A stretch of 63,646 nucleotides of DNA, counting the filler, from Hausera hauseri (taxonomy: Eukaryota), in NCBI GenBank assembly GCA_046269625.1. It is 11 parts of 11 records of this genome, joined end to end, with 100 filler letters (N's around TTAATTAATTAA, not from the genome) between each part and the next. Parts side by side here need not be neighbours in the genome. Positions count along the whole stretch, not along the records: positions 1 to 5,830 come from JBJURY010181972.1; positions 5,931 to 12,267 come from JBJURY010111543.1; positions 12,368 to 19,260 come from JBJURY010054441.1; 8 more parts are not named here. One strand, given 5' to 3'. Below are positions 1-12,989 of the stretch, piece by piece (the stretch's first letter is position 1; every line of letters begins with the position of its first letter). The notes beneath the pieces are model-generated. The model did no database searches. It had not been told where the DNA came from and was given only the letters and a program-made list of their open reading frames with translations. Both the position numbers and the translations under genes were made by a program.

Positions 1-419
1 ATTAAACTATTTGCTGCTTCAAGAATTTCTACAGACTTTGAAGCATAATTGAGGGCGATCGTATTGAGATATCTTGAAAGTAACTTGGTAGGGAAACTTG
101 AGCAAATATACGAGATTATTCTCTGGCAAACTGGTAATTTATAAATGACCACTTTTGAATTGTTGTGGCTGAACAGATTAACAAACGTGTCCAAAAGTTT
201 GGTTACATTATTTTCGGAAAATTGAAAGCCAAGAGTTTCTATCCATTTTCTAACGCTTTTAAGCATTTAATATTCTCTGCTGTAGAGCATTAATTGAATA
301 CATTTTCCGCCATGTGTTTTACATTTAGCCAACAATTCATGTGACTTCCTGATTCTACTGAACCGACAAATGATTTATTGAAATGACTGAGAAACGTATT
401 AACGCAACTGGCTTTCTGT

Positions 420-557
420 TCACAATGTGGTGGAAATGGACAGATGAATATCCATTCTTGAATTAATCAATTCCTTAAACTGCAGAACTGTTGCATCGTC
501 TGAAACTGAAAATTCATGTGTTTCTCCATCCAGAGTCTTTATTTTCACGTCAAACAT
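420..557 (-). pseudogene. N-terminal ubiquitin-like domain fragment (BAG6-like), truncated
   Basis: Manual translation MFDVKIKTLDGETHEFSVSDDATVLQFKELINSRMDI resembles the first half of a UBL domain (VKTLD..T..F....TV..FKE.I); stop after 45 aa. Confidence 0.5.
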
Positions 558-607
558 AATTTGCTATTGATGAATAATATTGAAGAATTCAACAAATAAG
601 TTGATTT

Positions 608-1012
608 TGTAGTTTAGTTCACGGAGCGATGTAGAGATTTTCGTACCTTTCGATACAAATGACTCAGTTTCGCCGAGAGTAATTATTTTAGACAACTTGT
701 GACTTTCCACTGCCGCAATCTCTGATTGAGTCAACGGTTTCAGGTGAACGACTTTGTTTTGTCGGTTTGTTTATCCGTCTAAGAAATTGTACGTGTGCTA
801 AGTAGAATATTTAGATCTGTTTAAGGAGTGGTCGATGTTCACAGATTTTTTGCTTTAACAGCTTTTATCATGAAATTTTTTGAGTACGATAGAAATTGTG
901 AAATTTCGAGGCTGAGAATCGGGCCCGACTATGGACCCAACGCGGCGGCGACGGACGCCCGGCCGTGCCCGACCAAACTGGCTAAAGGGCACCGGCCGCT
1001 GTGAGCACCACA
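608..1012 (-). mobile_element. 3' LTR of Gypsy retrotransposon
   Basis: On the minus strand a purine tract GGGGGGTGA (1013-1021) is immediately followed by TGTGGT; the candidate end is ...ACTACA at 608 (imperfect terminal inverted repeat); the GC-rich 5' end recurs at 4565 and 50228. Confidence 0.7.
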
Positions 1013-4000
1013 TCACCCCCCGTGGTAGGGTGAAAACTATAAAGATTAACAAGCACTAAACGAAAAAGTGTATGTGTCAGTTGGTCTTAGTGTGAACAAG
1101 GCGTTGGGTGCCTTCTACTGATTTTTCCATGCTATACTTGCTAAATGTGATTCTGCGTGTTTTGTCTTTATGCGATGTGTTTGCTTGCAGAGTTTAAAGT
1201 TGGGGAAAAACATTGTCGGATTTTGTTGGAGTTATATGTCGTGGGAAGATGAGTCAGAATAAAGACAAGAAGAAAGTAAAGGAGGAAGAGAGGTTGTTGG
1301 AGACAGACGGTTGAAGGTGTTCAAGAGAGTTGTTGGAAGACAAAGGACTGGAAAGAGGGTAGTGGTGGATGAAGGAGAAGAGACGAAAGGTGGCGTAGAA
1401 ATTGAAATTGTATTAGGTGAAAGGGTAGAAGTAGAGAATGAAACAGAGGCAGTAGTAGAGAGAGGAAGAGAGATAGGGATAAGAGTAAAGAGAGAAGAAA
1501 GTTGCGAAGCGGAGATGAAAGGAGTAAAAGACGATGTGTGAGAAGAGAGGGAGGAAGCGAGCGCCGAAGATGAGAAAGTTGTGGAAGGGAAAAAAGAGAG
1601 AGAGAGAAAAAAGACGGCGAAGAGGGGCAAAACGGAAAAGAGCAAGAAGATGGAGAGATTGGTGAAGGCGATGTGGTGTTTTGCGGAGAAGATCTTGTAA
1701 AAGGAGAAAGCAGGTTGTCGCCAGGAGATGAAGGAGATGTGAAAAGGCTTGAAGATGCAAAATTGGATGGGGAAAATTGGCTGAACTGTCAGAAAAAATT
1801 GAATTAGAAGTCTTGGGAGAAAACGTAGGGGAAAGTGGGTTAAAGAATTGAGCAGAGATCGAAGGTGAATTGTTGGATTGATACGCGTCGTGTAAAAATG
1901 TTGGTGTAGAAGTGGTTTCGATGGCAGACGTATCATTAATAAAGAAAGCCTGTTTAGCGTTGTTAATGTGAACTGTTACTTCTTTGTCGTCCTTAAGAAT
2001 GATGATGTTGTGAGAGTGTAAATAAATTACTTTGTAAGGGCAAACATACTGAGGTTGAAAACCACACGGCGTCTGATTCTTTAACCAAACGAACTTGGCA
2101 GTATATAGATCGTCGGGTATGTAAGGTTTATTTCCGTATAATAATCTACAAAATGAGTCTTTGCTGATCTCAGCGAAGTGTCTCTGGGCCGCTCGTATGG
2201 TTTCGCCTGTAGGAATATTACCCAGCTGAGCCAGCTCGAATAATGGTCTAATAGATGTGCCAAATAATGCTTTTGCAGGTGAACAGCCTGTAGAGTAGAT
2301 GATGTGTTCCTCCAGCCAATGCAGAACATACGAAGGAGTGTGGTCCAACTGCGAATGGACTCAGCAAGGATTTTGACAGACGTTTTCATCGTTCGGTGAA
2401 AGCTTTCGAGAAAGCCATTCGATTGAAGATGATATGGTGACGTGTGAATGTGGTTAATTCCCAATCGATTGACAAGAGCTTTAGACAGGTTGGATTCGAA
2501 CTGTGGGCCTTGGTCCGAAATGATGTGGCGAGATGATCCAAACCTGCTGATCCAAGTGCGGATGAAAACGTCTGCGATTGTTTCTGTGTTGGTGCTCCGA
2601 AGCGGGACAGCTTCTAACCATCGCGAGTAACGGTCCATCATTGTGAGGATAAAATGATATCCTTTATCTAAGGGTAGTGGGCCTACAAGATTAATGTGAA
2701 CAGATTCAAAACGAGACGTGCAGGGAAAATGATATAGTGGTGGCTTTAAATGCTTAGTATCTTTGTATTTTTGGCATGACACACACTGCCTGACCCATGC
2801 CTGCACCTCAGAGCGCATCGACGGCCATACTACTTGGCGTTGTAAAAGTCGAAAAGTGGCTTTGGCACCGGGATGATGCAATGAATGAATGTTGTTAAAT
2901 GCTTCTTTTTGAAGCGATTCAGAAAGGATAACCTTAGGATTATTAGGTTTGGAAGTGTCAAAAACCACACCGTCAATGGTTTTGCACAATTTGAAAGATT
3001 TAAGGGCGTCAGGAGGTGGCTAGTTTTGTTGAAGTTTGGATTGAGGGAAAAATTGGTGTAAAATCAATCGAGCTGACCGATCGGGAAAAAAAGTCAACTA
3101 CTAAGTTGTCGACTCCGTTTAGGTGCTTAATTACAAAATTTAATTACAAAATTTAATTAAAAAAATTTAAATTACAAAATTTAATTACAAAAATATTTGC
3201 CTCTCCTGACATGGAGAAGGCGATTTTATGGTGAGAATTTGAAGCAATGGTTTGTGGTCCGTTTGTATTGTAAAAGTTTGTGCAGTTGGTAGATTTTAAA
3301 GTGTTTTATGGCAAGGACTATTGCGAGCAACCATCTGTCAAAGGTGGAATATCTTTGCTTTTGCGCCGTGAATTTTCGAGAAAAGAATTCTAATGGCCCG
3401 TGGGATCCATTTTTGACTTGATGGAAGACACCACCTGCAGCTGTTATGGGTGCATCCGTGGTTAAGAAGAGTACTACATGGGAGTCTGGATAGACCAGAA
3501 TTTCTACGGTTTTAAATTGTCTTTGAGGTGATCGAAAGCGTTGACTAGCTTGGCGGTCCATTGAATAGGCTGTTTTTTCTTGCCAGAGCTTAGTGAAGCA
3601 AATGGAGCGGTTAGAGTGGAGCAGTGTGGAACATACTTATGAATGAAGTGCAAGGTTCCGAGAAAATAACGCATCTCTGTTGATAAACGTGGTAGCTGTA
3701 TGTTTCTGAGCTGTGTGATGCGCTTTGGCTGAGGTGAATGTGCGGAGGAGCTAATAACATGTCCTAGGAAGTTGACTTTATGTTGATAAAAGGGGCATTT
3801 GACGAAATTAATTTGCAAACTGTTTGGTGCAAGAGCTGGAAGATTAGACGTAAGTGTTGGAAGTGTTGTTTCAAGGAGGAAGATGTAATTAAGATATCAT
3901 CGATATAGGGATAAGCAAAGTATAGACCTGATAGGACTGTATCATTGCGCCTTTGGAAGGTTTGGAAAGCGCTACAGAGTCCGAAAGGCATGAAAAGGTA

Positions 4001-4560
4001 CTAGAAAAGGCCGAAAGGTGTAATGACAGCCGTTTTTGGAATGTCTGCTGGGGCCACCGGAATTTGGTTGTATGCTTTGTGCAAATCAATGCAAGAAAAA
4101 TAGTGGAACTATGGAGCCTGTAAAGGATATAGTTGATTAATGGTAGAGAGTAAGCATCCATTATTGTTATAATGTTGAGTTGGCGGTAATAAACGCATGG
4201 GCGAAAGGTACCATCTTTTTTTGGAACCACATGCAGCGGTGAAGACCAGGGGGATTTGGATCTTCTAATTATTCCTGATTTTTCAAGTTCGAAAAACTAA
4301 GCATCCACTGCCTGTCTGCGACGTCGCGATAGCGGACGGAACTTTTGACGATTTGGTTTTTGATGTGCTGTTTCTATGTAATGGAAGGTGGATTAAGGTG
4401 GTACGAATGATTTGTCCTTTTGCAACAGACGCGCGCAAGAAGACGAAATGTATTGCTGCAGATCAGACGGCAACGATGAAAAATTATCAGGTGGTGTCGA
4501 TGCATCATGACTGGATGCAGTTGAGGTATAAGTTGTAGACGAGGTGTTTTGAATGGGTGG
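1013..4560 (-). mobile_element. Degenerate Ty3/Gypsy pol (RT-RNaseH-integrase)
   Basis: RT motifs VPKKDGTFRPC, MPFGL, YIDDILI; RNase H TDA...FFSRK; integrase H..HPG/C..CQ zinc motif and D,D35E-like core (SDQGPQFES, SNGFLESFHRTMK); order RT-RH-INT; many stops and frameshifts. Confidence 0.93.
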
Positions 4561-4564
4561 TATT

Positions 4565-4680
4565 TGTGGTGCCCGCGTCGATCGTTCGCCATCCGGCCCA
4601 TTTGGTTAGGCACGGCCGGGTTTTCCGCTGCCGACGGGTCGGGCACATAGTCGGGCTCCGGTTTTCCGCCTCGAAGCGGC
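4565..4680 (+). mobile_element. 5' end of related LTR inserted in opposite orientation (right boundary undetermined)
   Basis: Starts TGTGGTGC and aligns over about 110 nt with the reverse complement of 907-1012. Confidence 0.6.
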
Positions 4681-5157
4681 AATGGCGTTTTGAATCAAAA
4701 ACAATTGATCAATATAACATTGTTCAAAGTAGTAAAGTCGTTCCGTTAGATTTACCCTCGAAATTGTTAATTTCCCAAACTTCTATCATTCCGAAAAAGA
4801 ATGTGGAATCACTTTACATAAAGAAATGTCATAGGAAGGAGGAAAAAGTAACGTTTTTCCACCCAATGAAATAAAGAAACGTGAAAAGGCTGAAGATGTG
4901 AAAGATAATACCGAATGCATCAAAGATCACCGGTCTGATAACTATTATTTGTATGGGGCTTAATTTTGCCGAATATTATTGTTACGAAAATTCAATTCTG
5001 TTACTTTAAAACCAATCTTAATGTATCCGTTCTTTATTTTCAGACCATTGACACCGAATCCTTTGTTTTGAACCAATTAAACTTTGGTTGCAAGCTACGA
5101 TTTTCAAATTACTGCCAAGCTTACTACTGACCGGTTTAACAGTGAGTTTAATTGTGA

Positions 5158-5684
5158 ATGAAGAAAGCCGGACAGAAACATTCAGCACTAATAAATAACT
5201 CAAGAGCTCAGAAAAGGGCCAGACAAAGGGAACACCAAACGACGATAATGTTACTGGCAGTCGTTCTTCTATTTCTTCTAACCAAAGCTCCCAAAGGATT
5301 TCTCATCCTACTCAGTTATTTTGTCCATCAGCTTTATGAAAATGTCTACAAAAATCTTGGTGACTTGATAGACTTTCTCTAATCAATGAATCAACCAATT
5401 TCATACTTGACACGACAATGTCCAAACAATTCCGTAATACCTTCTACTCAGTGTTTTGCTTCTGTTTAAATTTCCACGAGAGTATTGAAATTACATATAC
5501 GTCAACGAAACATCAGAAACCTGATAAGTCACTTATACCGTTGTCAGAAAATACGAATAAAGATAGAAAATTATCCAAAGTGGCATCATATATTGTACCA
5601 AAGATTTTTTTATCCGATTCAACTTCTACAACCGGAACTCCAAGTAAAAAGCATCTTTTATCCAGGAAGTCTATCCTTGTCTGA
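5158..5684 (+). pseudogene. Class A peptide GPCR C-terminal fragment (TM6-TM7; DMSR/myosuppressin/sex-peptide-receptor-like)
   Basis: TTIMLLAVVLLFLLT..P.G, LGDLIDFL, NFIL, MSKQFRNTF; internal stop/frameshift; no upstream TM segments seen. Confidence 0.7.
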
Positions 5685-5830
5685 GGAAACCGGATCCGGT
5701 GACCTTGTGTGCGTTGTATGTAGAATTTGTTTTGTTTTAGTATTGTACAGAGCTTTTAGAAATTTTGTAAATAATTAAAATAAAAATCAATATTGTCAAC
5801 CATATTGCTTTTTAACTGTTTCAATTGAGA

Positions 5831-5930
5831 NNNNNNNNNNNNNNNNNNNNNNNNNNNNNNNNNNNNNNNNNNNNTTAATTAATTAANNNNNNNNNNNNNN
5901 NNNNNNNNNNNNNNNNNNNNNNNNNNNNNN
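5831..5930. other. Artificial contig linker (N-TTAATTAATTAA-N); also at 12268-12367, 19261-19360, 23629-23728, 32142-32241, 37613-37712, 42057-42156, 47632-47731, 52868-52967, 59208-59307
   Basis: Identical 100-nt gaps with a central six-frame stop 12-mer. Confidence 0.98.
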
Positions 5931-6293
5931 AAATTGGAGAGCTACAAAAGACGAAATTGCAGAGCTACAAAAGACGAAATTGCAGATCTACAAAAGACGA
6001 AATTGGAGAGCTACAAAAGACGAAATTGGACAGCTACAAAAGACGAAATTGGACAGCTACAAAAGACGAAATTGGACAGCTACAAAAGACGAAATTGGAG
6101 ATCTACGAAAGACGAAATTGGAGAGCTACAAAAGACGAAATTGGACAGCTACAAAAGACGAAATTGGAGATCTACGAAAGACGAAATTGGAGATATACAA
6201 AAGACGAAATTGGAGAGCTACAAAAGACGAAATTGCAGAGCTACAAAAGACGAAATTGCAGATCTACAAAAGACGAAATTGGACAGCTACAAA
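5931..6293 (+). repeat. 23-bp tandem minisatellite (about 16 units), consensus GAAATTGGAGAGCTACAAAAGAC
   Basis: Direct head-to-tail repeats with no spacers; the three overlapping repetitive ORFs start 23 nt apart. Confidence 0.95.
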
Positions 6294-6442
6294 ATCGGCA
6301 CTTCTTCCCTATGTGACCCCCCCACCGTATACGTTACTGATCAAGTTAGTTTCCATAATATATACAACATTTCTCAGTCAAAGGAAACTCCACTAATTGC
6401 CGTAACTATACCAAATGCAGCTCATCAATTTCCCTTTACTAA

Positions 6443-7701
6443 TTATTGGAAAAGGCCGTACCGTCGATATTCAATGGGAATAATATTTTTCCGAACATAG
6501 CTCTTCGTTGATCCACAAACGACGCAATGATTCTCTTTCTCCTGAACGTAATAATCATTCATTCCACTCGCTCGTCCAGACGGTTCAAAGAGCAATTGAA
6601 CAGTAAACGGTTCGTCCAATACTCGTTTGCCGAGATCTTTCCGAATATACCACTCGGCCTTTTTCCGGCTCAGCCGCGACAACATATCGCCTTCGGGAGT
6701 CAACAGAATACTGTTATCGTAAATTGGATTGACTCTTACGTAGTATTTCGACTGGGATTTGGAATTGTGTGACTTTCTGTTATCGGGGCTTTTCTTTTTT
6801 CGTTTGAAACGTAAGTCGATACATCCTTGACAATACTGTCTGATAGAAGGTAATTTCGTTGTTGCTAGTTCTTCAGAGATGCGCAATTTTCGGCATAGAA
6901 ATGCAATGGGACAAAGAGCGCCGACTAATCCATCCAACGCAGCATATTCCATCTAGAATTAGAATTGTATAACTATTCTTTTGCATCAAATAATAAAACT
7001 GAATAAAAAAACATCAGAACGAAAATGACAACCTGTTCCATTGTCAAATCGGCCTCCCAATTACTACACTGAATAATATCGTGCAATTTCGGATAATGCA
7101 CATTCAGCCAATTGCTAGCAAAATTCTTCAATCCCATCTTGTCCATTCCGTTGCAGCGCAGTCGAACTGCCAAATGACGAATATCAACACATCCTCGGAG
7201 ATCCATATTCCAGTCGCCGTGCAGCCGTCTGGAATCTTCCATAATGCCCACACCGAATTTTAATTTTGATGTATCCTGACAAGTAATTAATACGAAGTAT
7301 CAGAAATTATCACTTTCATCCAATTTAATATTTCCATTGAAATGTGTGCTGTTGACCCAAGAATTCTTATTAGGAAACAAACACCATTCGGAAAGGATAT
7401 CTGTAATAAAGATACTTTACCATTGGCTGCCCATTCACAGTCAAATCCGGAAACGCTGAACTGTTTGGAATTATTCTATAATGTCTGATAATCGAACACA
7501 ATTTATCTAAATTCTAAAACAAACTTTAAATGCAGAGTTGAAATGATGGGAATCAACACCAACCTCCAAAATATGAAGAATTTTTTCTTTGACAATTTTT
7601 CGATAAAATTTAGTGTGAAAGATATGTTTGAAATGTTGCAAAATTGTGAGTACAAAACATAGAATAATGGAAACACAAAAGGCTACTGATGAAAAAGTCA
7701 T
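6443..7701 (-). CDS. EXD2: Exonuclease 3'-5' domain-containing protein 2 (multi-exon, C-terminus apparently missing)
   Basis: N-terminal hydrophobic segment; ExoI motif GFDCEW, VSLLQI, GVGI.ED, SNWEA.L..EQ.EYAALD; EXD2-specific PIYDNSILLTPEG...KKAEWY...FEPSG...KENHCVVCG...RKNIIP.EYRR; short GT-AG introns. Confidence 0.88.
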
Positions 7702-8038
7702 TGCTACAAATCCAAAAAGCGCCAAAATATTTTATATACAAACAATTTTTTGAATAAAAATATGATGCGTGTAACTTTTATGGTTTAAATCTATATATTC
7801 TGCAGCATACATTCGATTGATTCAGTAATAATACTGTGGCTCTCATGACATCTTATGCAGTTATAAAATTAATTTATAACTTATAATTTATAAATCTTAA
7901 TAAATTACTTTACTTACAAAGTTTATCTGATTATCCAGGGTTTCAAGTCATTTTCAAACAGTTGTAAAGTTACGAAAGTTTTGTTTAAATAATCCATTCC
8001 GCTAAATTTTTTTTTCAATTTTTTGTCCATGCTCAGTG

Positions 8039-9289
8039 ATGATATCTTTTCCATTTTCTGACTTTTTCCATTTTTGTATCTTAACGATTTATTATTTAAT
8101 TGAAGGCATCTATTTATTTTTTCTACAATTTATCAGTCCAAAATATAAGTCTATTTGCGGGGAAATAGTTTTAATTACTGGTGCGGGCAACGGAATTGGT
8201 CGTGGTTTATGTCAGAAATTTTCTGAAGAAAATTGTCATGTTGTTGCAGTGGATATCGACAGAAAGCGTTTGTTAGAAACGAAAAATATTGTCAAAGAGC
8301 AAAATAATAAAGATATACATTGCATTATTTGTGATGTACGAAAGAAGGAAAATATTGTTAAACTTCGAATGATAATCGAGGAAAAAGTGGGAAATGTTAC
8401 AATATTAGTCAACAATGCTGGTATACTCAATGGGAAACCAATTTTGGATTTATCGGAAAAGGAAACTAAAGAGATATTCGACGTTAATATTTTATCGCAG
8501 TATTATGTAACTTTTGTAATAATGTTTGTGAAAATGAAATAAATTTACATAGACAGTTCAAGAATTTCTTCCATCGATGTTGATGAACAATCATGGGCAT
8601 TTGGTGTTCATGTCATCGGTAGCTGGTGTCATCACCGGTGCACGGTTATCCGATTATTGTCCGACAAAGGCCAGCGTGTTTTCTTTGAGTGAAGCAATTC
8701 TCTGTGACCTTCGTCACGTGTATAAAAGTGACAATATCAACGTAACCGTTGTTACTCCATTTGTTGTTAACACTGGTTTATTTCATGGTGGAAGTTGCAA
8801 GTAACATTTGCTGTTGTGTTTTTTTAATATCTCGACTATTTATTGCTTGACTTAATGGTGTTGAATGAATTAATTGTTCTTGTTTTCTTGTGCATTATCG
8901 TTTATTATAATTAGACTAATGTACTTTATCAATTGTCTACTAACACAACTTCCAGTGTTAAAATGCCGTTGTTCAGGTTTCCTACTCTGTTTCCTGGTTT
9001 ATCAACACCCTACGTTGCCGACAAGATCGTGAAGGCTGTACGAAAAAATCAGTTTCAAATCGCTATCGGCCGACTGGCCTATTTCATGATTATAGCCAAA
9101 TTGTATTGTTCATTTTAATTGGGTATTATTCACGTTGGTTTTTCCAGAATTCTTCCAGCAAATGCTTTGATGGAATTGTACAAATTCTCGGGCGGATTAT
9201 CGTTCATGGATAGTTATGTCGATTGTCGAAGTAATGATAGATATGAAAATTATTCATCTAGTCGTGATAATGTGATTTTGATAGAATAG
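8039..9289 (+). CDS. Short-chain dehydrogenase/reductase SDR16C family (RDH10/RDHE2/HSD17B11-like), 4 exons
   Basis: TGAGNGIG cofactor motif, LVNNAG, catalytic YCPTK; GT-AG introns at 8507-8552, 8801-8976 and 9103-9147 give a continuous frame to TAG at 9287-9289. Confidence 0.9.
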
Positions 9290-9789
9290 ATTTGTGTTTT
9301 TTAATGTGTCCAACACTAATTAATAATTCGGATATTTATGTGGTGTTATTATATACAGTTGAATTCGACTCACGAGAAAAGAATTATCCATGATCAGTTT
9401 CCTGCAAGACATGAGAAATACACTACAAATCGATTATTAGTAAAATATGTCCTATTTGTTTTCCAGTTCAATATTCCAATTGAAAGGTACAATCTACTTC
9501 GATACGGCTTATGTAAGTAACCAATCGATATTGATTGTTTCAAAATAAAGAATTTCCGCATTACCAGATCGAGTTTGCTTGATGGATTGGTCAGTCAACG
9601 ACATCGCCTTCAATATTCAGCAATTCAAGCATGCGAAGCATTAGTGACCAAGTATGACAAAAAAGATTTAGCAATGCACACAACCGGATTTTCCGATCGG
9701 GGTTCCTGACCCCTAGCATCTCTGCGTGGTCCCGTCTTCGGTTCCGTGCCCCGGGGTCGCCCACATCACAACATACTAGATGATCAATT

Positions 9790-11200
9790 ATACACTTCAA
9801 TTTCACGCGTCACCGAAATATCTGACTTCACTCTTCATTCAAACGACTGTCTATCGAACTTTCATTCACACTCCACCTCATCCCTTCATGTCACTCTACT
9901 CCATTCGGCTTACACAGTACATCCCGAACCTTTCAACGGCATATTGATACTGTTCTTTAGGGCCTTGTATTCGTTCATCCATACATCGATGATATATTAG
10001 TTGCTTCCATTTCCGTCGCACAGCATCATTAAAATCTTTAAATCCCTTTCCATAAGTTACACCAAAACAACTTACAAATTTATTTTCCAAGTGCCACTTC
10101 TTCCAAAAACGTGTAAACTTATTAGGCCACATTATCACTTTTCACTGTCATTCTCCACAGCCTGGTCGAGTACAGCAATTGAAAAATGTAACTCTACCAA
10201 CTACTATTACGGGCATGAGAAGTTTTTTAGGCACATTCCACTTCGTGCATAAATACGTGCCACACTGCTTCGAACTAATGGGACCTTTTGCACATCTCTC
10301 ATCTGGAATTTTACTCTCTCAAACGGACACCACAGGAAAGTCGCTTCTCAACTACTTACAGAGAGCTCCTGGCTATAGTATTAGCCTTAAAGCACTTCTC
10401 GCATCTACAAATTGCCAGGTTTTTCACCATCCAAACAAACTACAAACCCTTAATTTGTATGATGAACATGAAAACCCGTTCACATCGACAAGAAAGTCAT
10501 ATAATACTTGTGGGCATTCAATTTTAAAATAATTCAGATTTGTGCACAAATAACTTGGTTGCCGATTTCTTATCCAACTCAGTCAACATCTTTGGAATCA
10601 CACCCATATTTTCACAGACAATGCATCAACAAAATGTGCCAGCTCAGGACATTCTAAAAACCTTCAAATTTCATCAAATCATCTACAGAGTTGCTTACTA
10701 TAATTCTAAACCAGGTAACAACAAGCCAATGCTTTCTTCATCTTTGCAGAAACTGCATTTCACAACATCAACTCACTTCATCATACGGGTGTAAAAGCAA
10801 CTTTTGGCCTTCTTTAATGGCATGTAGTATGGTAGTCGATGAATTCAGACGTGCAGGTTTGTGTTAAGAAGTGCGTGACATGCAAAAAAATCAAAATTAA
10901 CTAGCATTTGAAGCCACCACTGTATCACTTCCTTGTACGTCACGCTTTGAGTCCGTGCACATAGATCTAGTCGGTCCTCTTCATCCAGATAACTGTAATC
11001 AGTTCATGCTCACCTTGATGGACCGCTCTTCTCGATGACCAAAAGCCATTCCATTACGCTTTACTAACACAGACACAATTGCTGAGGTCTTCATAAAAAC
11101 ATGGATTAGCAGGTTTGGATCAACTTACTTCATAATAACGGACCAAGGTCCAGAATTTGAGTAAAACCTGTTTAAATCCTCGGTCAATCGTTTGGGTATC
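9790..11200 (+). mobile_element. Second, more decayed Gypsy pol fragment
   Basis: PYIDDI, MRSFLGTFHFVHKYVPHC, FSTTYRELLAIVLALKHF, HIDLVGP, TDQGPEFE; collinear with 2000-4300. Confidence 0.88.
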
Positions 11201-12989
11201 ATACTGTTAGGGTGTGTTAATCATGAATCCAAAATATCCCAAACTATTACCACAGAGACAGACAGAAAACCAGGTCACATATTGTAACCAATTTAACTCA
11301 AAATATATGATTTTGAACATTAACAACTAATCGTGATTACAATAAAAAGACTACGATTAATCGTGATTCCAATAAAAAGACTACGACTTTATACAATTTT
11401 ATGATCAAACAAAAAGTTGAAACTATGAGTATGTGTATATAGTAGGTAGATAGGAGTGCATGAGATCAGACCCCCCCCCCCCCAGGGAAGGAAGGAAAAA
11501 AGTGGTTCGCGGGTGATTCATGGAGTAGAAAAAATGATACACACATACACGTTTAATATGGGGAGATAGGAGGCACACAGTGATAAAGTGGATGCACAAA
11601 GTGGATACACACAAGCATGTGTACTGTATGGATTTTGGCGGTATGAGAAAATTTGAATTTTGTGCCAAAAATTTTGTTTTAATTTTGTTTAAAATCTGAA
11701 CAAAGCATTTCTGTCCTGATCGTGGTTTTACTATTCCCACCCCTTTTCTTTAGATATAAATAAGGTGTGCATGGCGTTGTTTTAACAATTTCTGTGACAA
11801 ATGGTATGTATTTAATTATGTTTTCCTAAATTATCTATATACTTAAAAAATAGATTTAGAAGCTGAAATTAAACGGCTCACAAAGGAAATATAAAGTGGC
11901 AAAATTGATTGTGTGCAATTTCTTAATGAACTGGAGAATGGATACTTTCTGTCAAAGGAAGACTATGTTGAACTTGTTGTTCGATCAATACTAATGACAA
12001 ACATTAAAAAGAGTTTAAAAGAAGACAGAGAAATCTTTTACTTGTGTGTAATATACTTTCTGGTGCATTTGTAATATTGTTATTTGTTCATTAATAAATG
12101 TTTTACGTGTCAATTTTGTTCACAAACAGTATGAATAAAACATGAAGAATAACACGAAATGTTTATTTACATAACATTTACAATTTTTTGTTTACAAAAT
12201 CAGTGATTGTAGAAATAAGCTTATTCTGTTTTGTCGCAGTCGAAGACAATTCCTGTAACAAATACATNNNNNNNNNNNNNNNNNNNNNNNNNNNNNNNNN
12301 NNNNNNNNNNNTTAATTAATTAANNNNNNNNNNNNNNNNNNNNNNNNNNNNNNNNNNNNNNNNNNNNGATCCATTAATTTCCATAGATGGTTCGGTATTG
12401 GGTTTGAACGGTTTGGTAGGACAAGATACGAATGGTGAGTATTTAACAATGCCACAAGGTGGCTGGGCCATTTTATTAAATTCTATGTAGTCATCGTCGA
12501 GTTCATGAATTCCTACGAGTGTCAAATACTTTAAAACGTGAAAGCGTAGTTTACCAACTTTGCCCAATGAAGCTAATTTAAATTTCAATGTAGAATGAGT
12601 AACTTTGTCGACTGTAGAAAAATATCTCGAGAAGCAATGTCGTGGACAAAGGATAAAGTGAAGCAACGGTTAAATAAAATAGGCTAAATTTATCATCTGA
12701 GGACTAAAGAAGTGTTTTGTTGAAATGGCCTAGAATCGCAACGAAGGTAAAAGTCGTGTCAGAATAATTACAAAATGTATCAGCAGCAAACGCCTTCGCT
12801 GTATAACTGATGTGTTTCAAAAGTTCGAGACGACAGAAAACAAATGGAATCATAACAAATATAGAAAAAATGGTTCTGCCAGAGGGCTGGTAGCAAATTC
12901 AAAAAATCGAAGTAGTGCATAGAGACTGTGATAACCAAACTTTGGCTAACCCCAATCCTCTTAATACCTAGGTAATTGTTGATGGGTTT

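Noticed and set aside
1232-1936. 234-aa Ser/Phe/Leu-rich ORF as env
   Set aside because: Low-complexity translation of a pyrimidine-rich strand with no env features
907-4680. Inverted GC-rich repeats flanking the Gypsy pol as a DIRS-like or TIR element
   Set aside because: The element has a DDE integrase and a PPT next to the left copy; the two copies are diverged and better explained as a 3' LTR plus an independent opposite-strand LTR insertion
5875-5886. Recurrent TTAATTAATTAA palindrome as a biological motif
   Set aside because: Always centred in identical N gaps; it is an assembly linker
5931-6293. CRISPR-like repeat array or repeat protein ORFs
   Set aside because: Units are head-to-tail with no unique spacers, there are no cas genes and the context is eukaryotic; the ORFs are a by-product of the 23-bp period
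11203-12267. Possible further Polinton terminal region with small ORFs
   Set aside because: Only a 30-bp tandem duplication and weak resemblance to 41221-41400; no terminal AGTAGT or diagnostic motif found
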